DNA from: Candidatus Omnitrophota bacterium
Lineage (GTDB): Bacteria > Omnitrophota > Gorgyraeia > Zapsychrales > Fredricksoniimonadaceae
NCBI GenBank assembly: GCA_903908245.1
Contig: CAIVRE010000017.1
Location: 133 to 64,132 of the forward strand
DNA length: 64,000 nucleotides
Direction of reading: 5' to 3'
Shown: one piece after another, positions 48,708 through 56,909 of the stretch
Layout of the letters: every line of letters starts with the position of its first letter
Position numbering within the stretch: position 1 is the stretch's first letter
Position numbers and translations under genes: made by a program
Notes under the pieces: model-generated
Databases searched by the model: none
What the model saw: only the letters and a program-made list of their open reading frames with translations
What the model was told of the DNA's origin: nothing

Positions 48708-49009
48708 GCACAAGCCCTTACGTGACCGTCCGCGAGGCGGCGCATATCCTTGGGATCGCCGAGGGGAAAGTAATGGTCCTGATCGATGAAAAGAAGCTGA
48801 TGGCCTATCGTATCGCCGATCAGTACCTCCGGCTCAAGCGCAGTGACATCCTTTCCATCCGTGATTCCGGCAATGTTGCCTCGGAAACGATCAAATTCCC
48901 CTATACCGCCCAGGAAAAATTAATGGACCTCGTCAGGTATAATGATTTTTATATTCTTTCTTTCCTGGTCATTATGGTGCTGCTTTTCCTTGTATTCTTC
49001 GTGCGGTAG
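48704..49009 (+). CDS. HTH_17-like DNA-binding protein with C-terminal transmembrane anchor
   Basis: 101 aa from the ATG at 48704, which overlaps the bactofilin stop (ATGA). The N-terminal HTH (VTVREAAHILGIAEGKVMVLIDEKKLMAYRIADQYLRLKRSDI) is paralogous to the preceding gene's HTH. The C-terminus is FYILSFLVIMVLLFLVFFV. Confidence 0.6.
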   Translation: MSTSPYVTVREAAHILGIAEGKVMVLIDEKKLMAYRIADQYLRLKRSDILSIRDSGNVASETIKFPYTAQEKLMDLVRYNDFYILSFLVIMVLLFLVFFVR

Positions 49010-49050
49010 GGCCTTCCCGGTATTTGATCCTCCGGAAGTCAAGATTTGGG

Positions 49051-49079
49051 TTGATATTTACATTCTTTTAACATACAAT
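49051..49079 (+). promoter_or_regulatory. putative sigma70 promoter of tRNA(CAT): TTGATA-N17-TACAAT
   Basis: Correctly spaced hexamers end 14 nt before the tRNA 5' end. Confidence 0.45.
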
Positions 49080-49093
49080 TGTGCCCATATTTT

Positions 49094-49167
49094 GCCGGGG
49101 TAGCTCAGTTGGCTAGAGCATGCGGTTCATACCCGCCAGGTCGAGTGTTCGAATCACTCCTCCGGCA
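49094..49167 (+). tRNA. tRNA with CAT anticodon (elongator Met or lysidine-modified Ile2)
   Basis: 74 nt cloverleaf. The acceptor stem GCCGGGG/CTCCGGC has one G-U pair. The anticodon stem TGCGG/CCGCA carries the loop TTCATAC, giving anticodon CAT. T-arm GTCGAGTGTTCGAATCACTC, discriminator A, no encoded CCA. G1-C72 is paired and there is no 3xG-C anticodon stem, so it is not an initiator. T-rich sequence follows. Confidence 0.85.
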
Positions 49168-49297
49168 TTTTTTTGATTTTTGAAGAACATAAAATCACCT
49201 GCCCGTACCACGACTTCTTCTTATTCTTCTCATTAACAAGATGAAGGGATATCTTCCTTTCAGGAAGATGTTTCTCGTTTTCAGGGGTACATTTTCC

Positions 49298-49325
49298 TTT
49301 ACATAATCATAAAATCCCCCATAAT
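49298..49325 (+). promoter_or_regulatory. putative promoter TTTACA-N16-CATAAT giving a leaderless/very short leader transcript for the nuclease gene
   Basis: The -10 ends 6 nt before ATG 49332 and there is no SD sequence. Confidence 0.35.
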
Positions 49326-49331
49326 TAATCC

Positions 49332-49862
49332 ATGAAAAAAATATTTTTCCCTCTCGTTATATTCACATTTCTGTTAACGATCCCTGTTCGGGCAGAACTC
49401 AATCCGCTGCTGCAATCGTCCCCCAAATTTGAGAATATCCTTGTTGAGAAAGTATTAAGGGTTGATTACCTTTTGCTGGCCGGAGGGACCAAGGTCAGCC
49501 TTATCGGCATCGAAGGCCCGAACCCGCCGAGATTCCGCGATGTCAAAAGAGATGCGAACGGTTTTATTATTCCGGATGAAGATCCGACGACCCCCTTTGA
49601 GGTTGAAGCCCTTCAGTATGTCAAGGCACTCGCCGAGAGGAAGACAGTGCACCTGGAATTTGACGCCGAGCGCCGCACCGAAGACGGAAACCTGCAGGCA
49701 TATGTTTTTCTTCCTGACGGAAAAATGCTCAATGAAGAAGCATTGCGCAACGGTTACGCCCAGCTCAGCTTAAGGCTGCCGAACATGAAATATGCCGAGC
49801 GCTTTCGAAAAGCGTATAAAGAAGCCCGCCGGGAAATGCGGGGGATGCAAGGGAACTGGTAA
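49332..49862 (+). CDS. secreted thermonuclease (staphylococcal nuclease, SNase-like) family protein
   Basis: 176 aa with a signal peptide. SNase-like motifs are VSLIGIEGPN (compare RLxGIDAPE), LQAYVFLPDGKMLNEEALRNGYA and a C-terminal basic region. Confidence 0.7.
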   Translation: MKKIFFPLVIFTFLLTIPVRAELNPLLQSSPKFENILVEKVLRVDYLLLAGGTKVSLIGIEGPNPPRFRDVKRDANGFIIPDEDPTTPFEVEALQYVKALAERKTVHLEFDAERRTEDGNLQAYVFLPDGKMLNEEALRNGYAQLSLRLPNMKYAERFRKAYKEARREMRGMQGNW

Positions 49863-50872
49863 TGCCCTTCTGTAAAAGATTCCTTCAACACATCCATTCT
49901 TCCAGGCTCGTCTCTCCAGGGGAAAAACTGATCGTTGCCGTTTCCGGAGGGGCGGATTCCATGGCGCTTCTGCACGCCTTGTATCATGCCCGGCGAGAAC
50001 TCGGCCTTGAATTGATCGTTGCTCATTACGACCACCATTTGCGGTCGTCATCCGTCCAAGACCGCCTTTATGTCAAAGCCACAGCCCGGCGGCTGGGATT
50101 ACCGTTCGTAACACAGATCAATCGCCATCCGGCCCCCAGGACAGGTTCTGTGGAAGAGTTCGCCCGTGACCTGCGATATGAGTTCTTGTTTAAAACAGCG
50201 AAGAAACACAACGCCAGTGCCTTGCTGACCGCGCATACAAGTGACGACCTGGCAGAAACGGTCCTGATGCGGATCCTTCGGGGGACAGGCTTATCCGGGC
50301 TGCAGGCGATCCTTCCGCGTCGCAGCATCCGTGGCTGTGAACTCGTAAGGCCAATGCTGATATTCACCCGGAAGGACGTAGAAGAATTCCTCAAGGCCCG
50401 AAAGATCAAATTCATCAATGACCCCAGCAACCGGTCTCTTGATTTTGACCGTAATAAGATACGCAAACTCATTATTCCCTATCTGGAGAGGAACTACCAC
50501 CCCGGCGTGAAAGATAATCTGTCCCGGCTGGCGGATATTGCCGCCATGGACCAATCTTTCATCGAGGAACAGGCGGATCTTTTTCTGAAAAGAACGGTCA
50601 AGATCACATCACACTCGGTCTCCGTTCCTTTAACAAAACTTAAATTGCTCCATTGCTCTTTACGCCGTACGGTCTTACGGGCGATGTTCATTTCCCTTTT
50701 CGGTAATACAGGGCCCGTAACCCTCGCACATATTACAGCGATCGATGCTGCGCTTTTTGACCGGCACACGGATGCCGCCTTCGGGAAAAGGCCTTTGCCT
50801 GCAGGCTCCCTTTGTACAAGCAGGACAGGACGATTGATCTTAAGCCGAAAAAATCCTTCATCTTGCTCTTGA
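49862..50872 (+). CDS. tilS: tRNA(Ile)-lysidine synthetase TilS
   Basis: 336 aa with the PP-loop SGGADS (LIVAVSGGADSMALLH). Its start overlaps the nuclease stop (TAATG). Confidence 0.85.
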   Translation: MPFCKRFLQHIHSSRLVSPGEKLIVAVSGGADSMALLHALYHARRELGLELIVAHYDHHLRSSSVQDRLYVKATARRLGLPFVTQINRHPAPRTGSVEEFARDLRYEFLFKTAKKHNASALLTAHTSDDLAETVLMRILRGTGLSGLQAILPRRSIRGCELVRPMLIFTRKDVEEFLKARKIKFINDPSNRSLDFDRNKIRKLIIPYLERNYHPGVKDNLSRLADIAAMDQSFIEEQADLFLKRTVKITSHSVSVPLTKLKLLHCSLRRTVLRAMFISLFGNTGPVTLAHITAIDAALFDRHTDAAFGKRPLPAGSLCTSRTGRLILSRKNPSSCS

Positions 50873-50897
50873 GATTAAACGCCGGTGAAGTTACAAT
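50869..50897 (+). promoter_or_regulatory. putative promoter TTGAGA-N17-TACAAT inside the 3' end of tilS, 12 nt before the MORN-protein ATG
   Basis: Hexamers with correct spacing. The -35 overlaps the tilS stop codon, and the transcript would have a leader of about 5 nt. Confidence 0.35.
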
Positions 50898-50909
50898 AAC
50901 CTGACTTCT

Positions 50910-52127
50910 ATGAGAATATTTAATACTTTATATGCGATCGTTCTTTTCTGCCTGGTCATCCCTGTATTGGCGTTCGCACAGGCGCCATCCGACGGCATGA
51001 CCAAGGAGTTTTTTGATGATGGACGCGTGCGCTTTGAAAAGACTTATTCCGCCGGAGAGCTGAACGGCCCTTTTCGTGAATATTATCCTGACGGGAAACT
51101 TCTCAGTGTCGGAAATTACAAAGCCGGGCGCCTTGACGGCGGGTTCAAGTCTTACTATCAGAACGGAAACCTGTTCATTGAAAAAACCTATGTTAACGGT
51201 TCACAACACGGAATCAACAAGGAATACTTCGAGAATGGCAACATAAAGAGTGTCGAAGGGTATAAATACGATACGTTCGACGGGCCCTGCAAATATTATG
51301 CCGAAGACGGGACCCTTAAATATTCCCTGGAATTCCTCGCGGGCCAGCTTAACGGCGAGAGCCGGGAATACAATGAACTCGGGGTCCTGACCAGTATTGT
51401 GTTCTACCGTGACAATGTGCTTAACGGCGAAGCACAGGAGTTCAACGACCAGGGGACCCTGCATGCCCGATGGAATTACCGCAACGGCCTCAAAGAAGGT
51501 GAATCACGGATCTTTTATGATAATGGGAAAGAAGAATGGATCCTGAATTTCAAGGAAGGCGAGATCAATGGCCCGGGGAAGAAATTCTCCCGCAATGGCG
51601 TTCTGATACTCAATGCTGAATATAAAAACAACCAGTATAACGGCCTGGTCCGGGAATTTGCCGATAATGCCAAGCCCAGATCAGAATGTTCGTATAAAGA
51701 CGGGGTCAAAGACGGCGTCTGCCGTGAATATCATCCCAACGGCGCCCTTAAGATCGAATGGAGCTATGAAGCCGGTGAAAAGCAGGGATTAGCCAAAGAA
51801 TACACGGCGTCAGGCGTATTGTGGATGGAGGTTTCCTACGATAAAGGCAAACAAAATGGTATCATGAAAGAGTTTTATCCCAACGGCAAGGTCAAGAAAC
51901 AATGGGAGATCGTCAATGGCCTTCAGCAGGGAAGCAGTAAAGCATTTTACGAAACCGGTGAATTAATGAGTGAAGAGTTTTATCAGGACGGGAAGCTTCA
52001 GGGAGAATCCCGTTTGTTCAACAGGGATAACAATCTCGCTTATATCGACACTTTTGACCGGGGCGTCAAGATCAAACGTAAAGGTTTTGATGCCCGGGGA
52101 AAAATGGAGTTTGAGCAAAATTATTAA
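50910..52127 (+). CDS. secreted MORN-repeat-variant (YwqK-like) repeat protein
   Basis: 405 aa with a signal peptide. It contains about 14 tandem repeats of ~23 aa with the pattern G.....YY.NG.L...G.Y..G...G. Confidence 0.7.
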   Translation: MRIFNTLYAIVLFCLVIPVLAFAQAPSDGMTKEFFDDGRVRFEKTYSAGELNGPFREYYPDGKLLSVGNYKAGRLDGGFKSYYQNGNLFIEKTYVNGSQHGINKEYFENGNIKSVEGYKYDTFDGPCKYYAEDGTLKYSLEFLAGQLNGESREYNELGVLTSIVFYRDNVLNGEAQEFNDQGTLHARWNYRNGLKEGESRIFYDNGKEEWILNFKEGEINGPGKKFSRNGVLILNAEYKNNQYNGLVREFADNAKPRSECSYKDGVKDGVCREYHPNGALKIEWSYEAGEKQGLAKEYTASGVLWMEVSYDKGKQNGIMKEFYPNGKVKKQWEIVNGLQQGSSKAFYETGELMSEEFYQDGKLQGESRLFNRDNNLAYIDTFDRGVKIKRKGFDARGKMEFEQNY

Positions 52128-52138
52128 ATGGAGTGAAT

Positions 52139-54070
52139 ATGCCCCCGGAAATACCAAAAAAGAACATCACCCCCAAGAATCCCGATCCGCGTAAATCCTC
52201 GCGGACGCCCGGTCCCAACCAGGACAGCGGTGTCTGGATATTCTGGGTCATTTTATTTGTCATTTTCCTGATCATCGCGAACCCGTCGAATACAGCCAAC
52301 CCGGCTGTCCAGAAGATGACGTACGGAGAGTTTTATTCCCTGGTAAAAGATAATGACATCACCCCCAGGATCAAAAAATTGACATACAGCGAAGGCCCCG
52401 AAAATGTCCTCAAGGGCAAGTTGATGGACGGGAAAGAGTTCCGGGTCAATATCCCGCAGGATGACAAGGACCTGTTGAAACTTGTCCGCGATAACGTGAA
52501 AGATTTCGCGGTCGTCCCCGCGGAAACCTTCTGGACGCAATTCTTCTTCTCTTTTGTCCCGGTCCTTCTGATCATTTTCTTTATATGGTTCCTCGGCCGG
52601 CGGGGAGCGGAAATGGGCAACAAAATATGGTCGTTCGGCAAATCCAAAGCCAAGGTAAGCGACAAAGGACAGAACAAGATCACTTTCAAAGATGTGGCCG
52701 GTGTCGATGAGGCAAAAGAAGAACTTCAAGAGATCATCGAATTCCTGAAGGAGCCAAAAAAATTTGAACGCCTCGGAGGGAAGATCCCCAGAGGAGTCCT
52801 TTTGGTCGGCCCTCCGGGGACCGGCAAGACCTTGTTGGCCAAAGCAGTGGCGGGGGAAGCCGATGTGCCTTTCTTTTCATTGAGCGGGTCGGACTTTGTC
52901 GAAATGTTCGTTGGCGTGGGCGCTTCGCGTGTGCGGGACCTCTTCGACCAGGCGCGCAAGGCAGCCAAAGCGTCCGGAGGCAAAGGATGTATTATTTTTA
53001 TCGACGAGATCGATGCCGTTGGCCGCCAGCGTTTCGCGGGTATCGGCGGCGGTAATGACGAACGGGAACAGACGCTCAACGCGTTATTGGTTGAAATGGA
53101 CGGTTTTAATTCCCCCAGCGGGTTCATCCTGATGGCCGCGACCAACCGTCCCGACACGCTTGACCCGGCGCTGCTTCGCCCGGGCCGTTTTGACCGGCGC
53201 GTTATGGTCGGCCTGCCGGACATCAACGGCCGGGAGGGGATCCTCAAGGTCCATTGCCGCAATATCAAGCTGGATGCGGATGTTGACCTCAGGAAAATAT
53301 CCCAGCAAACCGTTTATTTTTCGGGTGCCGACCTCGCGAATGTCTGCAATGAAGCCGCCTTGCTGGCGGCACGCCGCAACAGGGAAACCGTCGGACAGCT
53401 TGAATTCCTCAATGCGGTTGAACGGGTCACTTTGGGACCGGAAAAGAAATCCCATATCACCTCAAAGAAAGAAAAAGAAATGACCGCCCATCATGAGGCC
53501 GGGCATGCCCTGCTCAGCCTTCTGATCGACGAAGTCGATACATTCACCAAAGTTTCCATTATCCCCCGCGGGATGGCGGGCGGCTATACGCTGACCCCTC
53601 CCACGGAAGACAAGCATTATTACACCCGCAAAGAACTCTACGGGCAGATGACCGTACTTCTGGGCGGGCTGGTAGGGGAAGAAGTGTTCATGAATGACTC
53701 CACCACCGGTGTTTCCAACGACCTGGAACGGGTAAGAGATCTTGCCCGCAGCATGATATGTTCTTTCGGGATGAACAATGACCTTGGAAAACTTGCGTTC
53801 GGTAAAGGCCATCAGCCGTCTTTTCTGGGGCGCGACCTGTTCCAGGAAAAAGATTACTCGGAGGAGACAGCGCGCCAGATCGATGATGAAGTGCATAAGC
53901 TGGTTGACTCTGCCTACAAGCGCGCAAAAGACATGATCATGGCCAACCGCGAAAAACTTGATCTTATCGCCAACCGGCTCATCGAAAAAGAAGTCACAGA
54001 CATTGAAGAAATGCGTACATTATTAGGATTGCCGTTACCGCCTCAGCCGGAAGAGAGCACCCCGAAATGA
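52139..54070 (+). CDS. ftsH: ATP-dependent zinc metalloprotease FtsH
   Basis: Two TM segments, AAA+ Walker A GPPGTGKT, the SRH, and the HEAGH zinc site are present. The ATG at 52139 has GGAG 5 nt upstream; the alternative GTG at 52133 is less likely. A basic/Pro-rich N-terminal extension of about 30 aa precedes TM1. Confidence 0.9.
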   Translation: MPPEIPKKNITPKNPDPRKSSRTPGPNQDSGVWIFWVILFVIFLIIANPSNTANPAVQKMTYGEFYSLVKDNDITPRIKKLTYSEGPENVLKGKLMDGKEFRVNIPQDDKDLLKLVRDNVKDFAVVPAETFWTQFFFSFVPVLLIIFFIWFLGRRGAEMGNKIWSFGKSKAKVSDKGQNKITFKDVAGVDEAKEELQEIIEFLKEPKKFERLGGKIPRGVLLVGPPGTGKTLLAKAVAGEADVPFFSLSGSDFVEMFVGVGASRVRDLFDQARKAAKASGGKGCIIFIDEIDAVGRQRFAGIGGGNDEREQTLNALLVEMDGFNSPSGFILMAATNRPDTLDPALLRPGRFDRRVMVGLPDINGREGILKVHCRNIKLDADVDLRKISQQTVYFSGADLANVCNEAALLAARRNRETVGQLEFLNAVERVTLGPEKKSHITSKKEKEMTAHHEAGHALLSLLIDEVDTFTKVSIIPRGMAGGYTLTPPTEDKHYYTRKELYGQMTVLLGGLVGEEVFMNDSTTGVSNDLERVRDLARSMICSFGMNNDLGKLAFGKGHQPSFLGRDLFQEKDYSEETARQIDDEVHKLVDSAYKRAKDMIMANREKLDLIANRLIEKEVTDIEEMRTLLGLPLPPQPEESTPK

Positions 54071-54936
54071 CCGGCCGTTGCTGTTATCAATTCAGGGCCA
54101 GGGACAGATCACTTGCCCTTGGAGTTCAAACCAGGATCATGGGGATCATTAATGCCACTCCGGATTCTTTCAGCGGAGATGGCCGCTTAAAGGCAAAGGA
54201 CCCTGTCAGGTCGGCATTGCGCATGGCAAAGTCCATGTGCACCGACGGAGCGGACATCATCGACATCGGGGGAGAATCGACCCGGCCGAATGCCTGCGCT
54301 GTTTCATCCATCGAAGAATGCCGCAGGGTTGTCCCGATCATTGAAGCATTGGCATCTTCGGGGATCGATGTTATTATTTCTGTTGATACATCAAAAGCCT
54401 GCGTGGCCAAAGACGCGTTAAAAGCCGGAGCCCATTTGGTCAATGTTGTACAAAGCAACGCCTTAAGCCGCGGATTATTACGGATCGTCCGTGACCACGA
54501 CGCCGGGATCGTTCTGATGCATATGCGCGGCACGCCGCGGACAATGCAAACCAAGTCGCGCTACCGGAAGTTTATCCCTGAAGTCCTCCGGGAACTGGAT
54601 CGCGCGGCCAGGACAGCCCTTGAGGCAGGGATAGAACGCAACCGGATGATCGTTGATCCGGGGATAGGTTTTGCCAAGACGGCAGGACAGAATTTTATGT
54701 TGATCAAAAGGCTTAACGACCTAAACACACTCGGCTTTCCGATCCTTGTTGGCCCGTCGAGAAAATCTTTTATCGGCACCCTGCTTGGCCTTGAACCTTC
54801 CCAAAGGCTGTTCGGAACGGTTTCGGCGGCTGTTGCCAGTGTGATGACAGGCGCGCATATTGTCCGGGTCCATGATGTCCTTGCGGTCAAACAGGCCGTG
54901 ACGGTCGCTGATGCCATATTATCGGGGGGGGAATGA
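54067..54936 (+). CDS. folP: dihydropteroate synthase
   Basis: 289 aa with IMGIINATPDSFSGDG and a pterin-binding TIM barrel. Its start overlaps the ftsH stop. Confidence 0.85.
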   Translation: MTGRCCYQFRARDRSLALGVQTRIMGIINATPDSFSGDGRLKAKDPVRSALRMAKSMCTDGADIIDIGGESTRPNACAVSSIEECRRVVPIIEALASSGIDVIISVDTSKACVAKDALKAGAHLVNVVQSNALSRGLLRIVRDHDAGIVLMHMRGTPRTMQTKSRYRKFIPEVLRELDRAARTALEAGIERNRMIVDPGIGFAKTAGQNFMLIKRLNDLNTLGFPILVGPSRKSFIGTLLGLEPSQRLFGTVSAAVASVMTGAHIVRVHDVLAVKQAVTVADAILSGGE

Positions 54937-55706
54937 ATTTCTTTTTCTGGTCCACATTAAAGCCGATCATTGAGATCCTTGTCCTTGCCTTTATTTTCTA
55001 CAGGGTCCTTGCTTTCTTTCAGGGTACGCGTGCGTTCCAGGTCTTAAAGGGGATGACGTACCTCCTGGTCCTCTTTTTGGTCGCGCAACTTCTGGGGCTT
55101 GACACCCTCAACTGGCTGCTGACCAAGTTCTTCACGATCTGGATCCTCGCGCTGGTCGTTATTTTCCAGCAGGAGATCAAACAGGGGCTGGCCCGCCTTG
55201 GCCGGGGGAACCTGTTCAACATCACCCTGGAAGACTCCGAGGTCGTCGCGGTCATCGATGAACTGGTGGATGTCTGTTTTATCCTTTCAGAAAAAAAGAC
55301 CGGCGCGCTTATTGCCATTGAACGTGAAGCCAAATTAAAGACCTATATCGAGAGCGGGATCGTCATTGACGGGCTTGTTTCTTCCGAAATGATCCAGACG
55401 ATCTTTAAACACGATTCCCCCATGCATGACGGCGGGGTGGTCGTGCGCGGCCAGCGGATCGTGGCGGCCTCCTGCCTGTTCCCGCTTTCCGAAAACCAGC
55501 ATTTGAGCAAGATCATCGGCACCCGCCATCGCGCGGCTCTCGGCCTGACAGAACAAACGGACGCACTGGCTTTGCTCGTTTCCGAGGAAACAGGCGATGT
55601 CTCGGTCGCCTGTGACGGAAAATTCATCCCTGTGACCGGCCAGGAGCGCCTGAGAGGTATTCTTAAAGACCTGCTTATCATCCATCCTGACCCGGAGAAA
55701 AAATGA
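54933..55706 (+). CDS. cdaA: diadenylate cyclase CdaA (membrane-anchored DAC domain)
   Basis: 257 aa with three N-terminal TM helices and a DAC domain (DGGVVVRGQRIVAASCLFPLS...GTRHRAALGLTEQTDALALLVSEETG). Confidence 0.9.
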   Translation: MNFFFWSTLKPIIEILVLAFIFYRVLAFFQGTRAFQVLKGMTYLLVLFLVAQLLGLDTLNWLLTKFFTIWILALVVIFQQEIKQGLARLGRGNLFNITLEDSEVVAVIDELVDVCFILSEKKTGALIAIEREAKLKTYIESGIVIDGLVSSEMIQTIFKHDSPMHDGGVVVRGQRIVAASCLFPLSENQHLSKIIGTRHRAALGLTEQTDALALLVSEETGDVSVACDGKFIPVTGQERLRGILKDLLIIHPDPEKK

Positions 55707-55804
55707 AACGCTTTTTCCTGCATAATATATCCCTGAAGATCATTGCACTCGGCCTGGCCATCATTGCCTGGATCTATGTGAACGGCGAAATCCTGAGACA
55801 ATAA
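55703..55804 (+). CDS. 33-aa micro-ORF resembling the N-terminal TM anchor of CdaR/YbbR (rest of cdaR absent)
   Basis: MKRFFLHNISLKIIALGLAIIAWIYVNGEILRQ. Its ATG overlaps the cdaA stop (ATGA) and it ends 1 nt before pdxJ. LKIIAL.LA...W.YVN matches the start of B. subtilis YbbR, which I recall as ...VKIIALLFALLLYVAVN. Confidence 0.4.
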   Translation: MKRFFLHNISLKIIALGLAIIAWIYVNGEILRQ

Positions 55805-55805
55805 T

Positions 55806-56525
55806 ATGCCCTTGCTTGGTGTTAATATCGACCATATCGCCACACTCCGTCAACAGCGCCGGGAATTTGATCCCGACCCGGTGAAAGGCGCCCTGATCTG
55901 CCAGGAAGCCGGAGCGGACAGCATTGTGGCTCATTTAAGGGAAGACCGCCGCCACATTAATGACCGGGATATTATCGCTTTGAAAAAAAGCCTGCGCATC
56001 CGGTTCAATCTTGAAATGTCCGTTGCCCCTGATGTTGTGGCAATGGCGTGTAAGGTCCGTCCTGACCAGGCTACGCTGGTGCCTGAACGCAGGCAGGAGC
56101 TTACGACCGAAGGCGGGCTGGACGTGATCAGGAATTCCAGACAACTCAAGACCGTTTGTGCCCGGCTTGCGGACAAGAACATCAAAGTAAGCCTTTTTAT
56201 CGATGCCGAGAAAGACCAGGTTGATGCGTCAAAGAAGCTCGGCGTTCCTTTTATTGAGCTGCATACAGGGCCTTATGCTGAAGCCCTTACAGCCAGGAAG
56301 CGCGAAACGGAATTGAAGAAACTGGATTCGATCACTCAATATGCCCGCAGCCTGGGGATCACGGTCAACGCAGGCCATGGGCTTAAATATCACAATACCG
56401 TCAACATAGCGCGGATCCCGGGGATGTACGAGCTCAACATCGGCCATTCGGTCATTTCATACGCGATCTTTGCCGGGCTCAATAACGCGGTCAGGGAAAT
56501 GAAAAGGCTCGCGTCCTTATCCTGA
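55806..56525 (+). CDS. pdxJ: pyridoxine 5'-phosphate synthase
   Basis: 239 aa beginning LGVNIDHIATLRQQR, with AHLREDRRHI. Confidence 0.9.
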   Translation: MPLLGVNIDHIATLRQQRREFDPDPVKGALICQEAGADSIVAHLREDRRHINDRDIIALKKSLRIRFNLEMSVAPDVVAMACKVRPDQATLVPERRQELTTEGGLDVIRNSRQLKTVCARLADKNIKVSLFIDAEKDQVDASKKLGVPFIELHTGPYAEALTARKRETELKKLDSITQYARSLGITVNAGHGLKYHNTVNIARIPGMYELNIGHSVISYAIFAGLNNAVREMKRLASLS

Positions 56526-56558
56526 TCTGTTCCAAGAGAAAAACAGGCAACCTGAAAT

Positions 56559-56909
56559 ATGATCATCGGTACCGGTATAGATATTATCGAGATATCCCGC
56601 ATCCGTTCGTCGGTCGATCAATGGGGCGGCCGTTTCCTTCAACGGGTCTTTAATCCGGAGGAGATCGCATACGCCCAGGCCCATACGATCCCCTATCCGC
56701 ATTATGCCGGGCGCTTTGCCGCGAAAGAAGCGATCTATAAAGCCCTGGGCGACCGCATGGTCAGCTGGAAGGATATTACGATCATTAACGACACCGCAGG
56801 CAAGCCTTCCTGCACTGTCAAAGGTTTAGCGCCAGGGAAGACCATTCATATATCCATATCCCATTCAAGGCATTATGCGGTTGCCAACGCCATTGTTGAG
56901 ACGAAATAA
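56559..56909 (+). CDS. acpS: holo-[acyl-carrier-protein] synthase
   Basis: 116 aa beginning MIIGTGIDIIEISRI, with FAAKEA. Confidence 0.85.
   Translation: MIIGTGIDIIEISRIRSSVDQWGGRFLQRVFNPEEIAYAQAHTIPYPHYAGRFAAKEAIYKALGDRMVSWKDITIINDTAGKPSCTVKGLAPGKTIHISISHSRHYAVANAIVETK

Noticed and set aside
49010-49330. A mobile element or integrated island at the tRNA(CAT) gene, and likewise at tRNA-Thr (63863)
   Set aside because: There is no integrase, transposase, direct repeat of the tRNA 3' end or phage-like gene nearby. The downstream genes are ordinary chromosomal functions.
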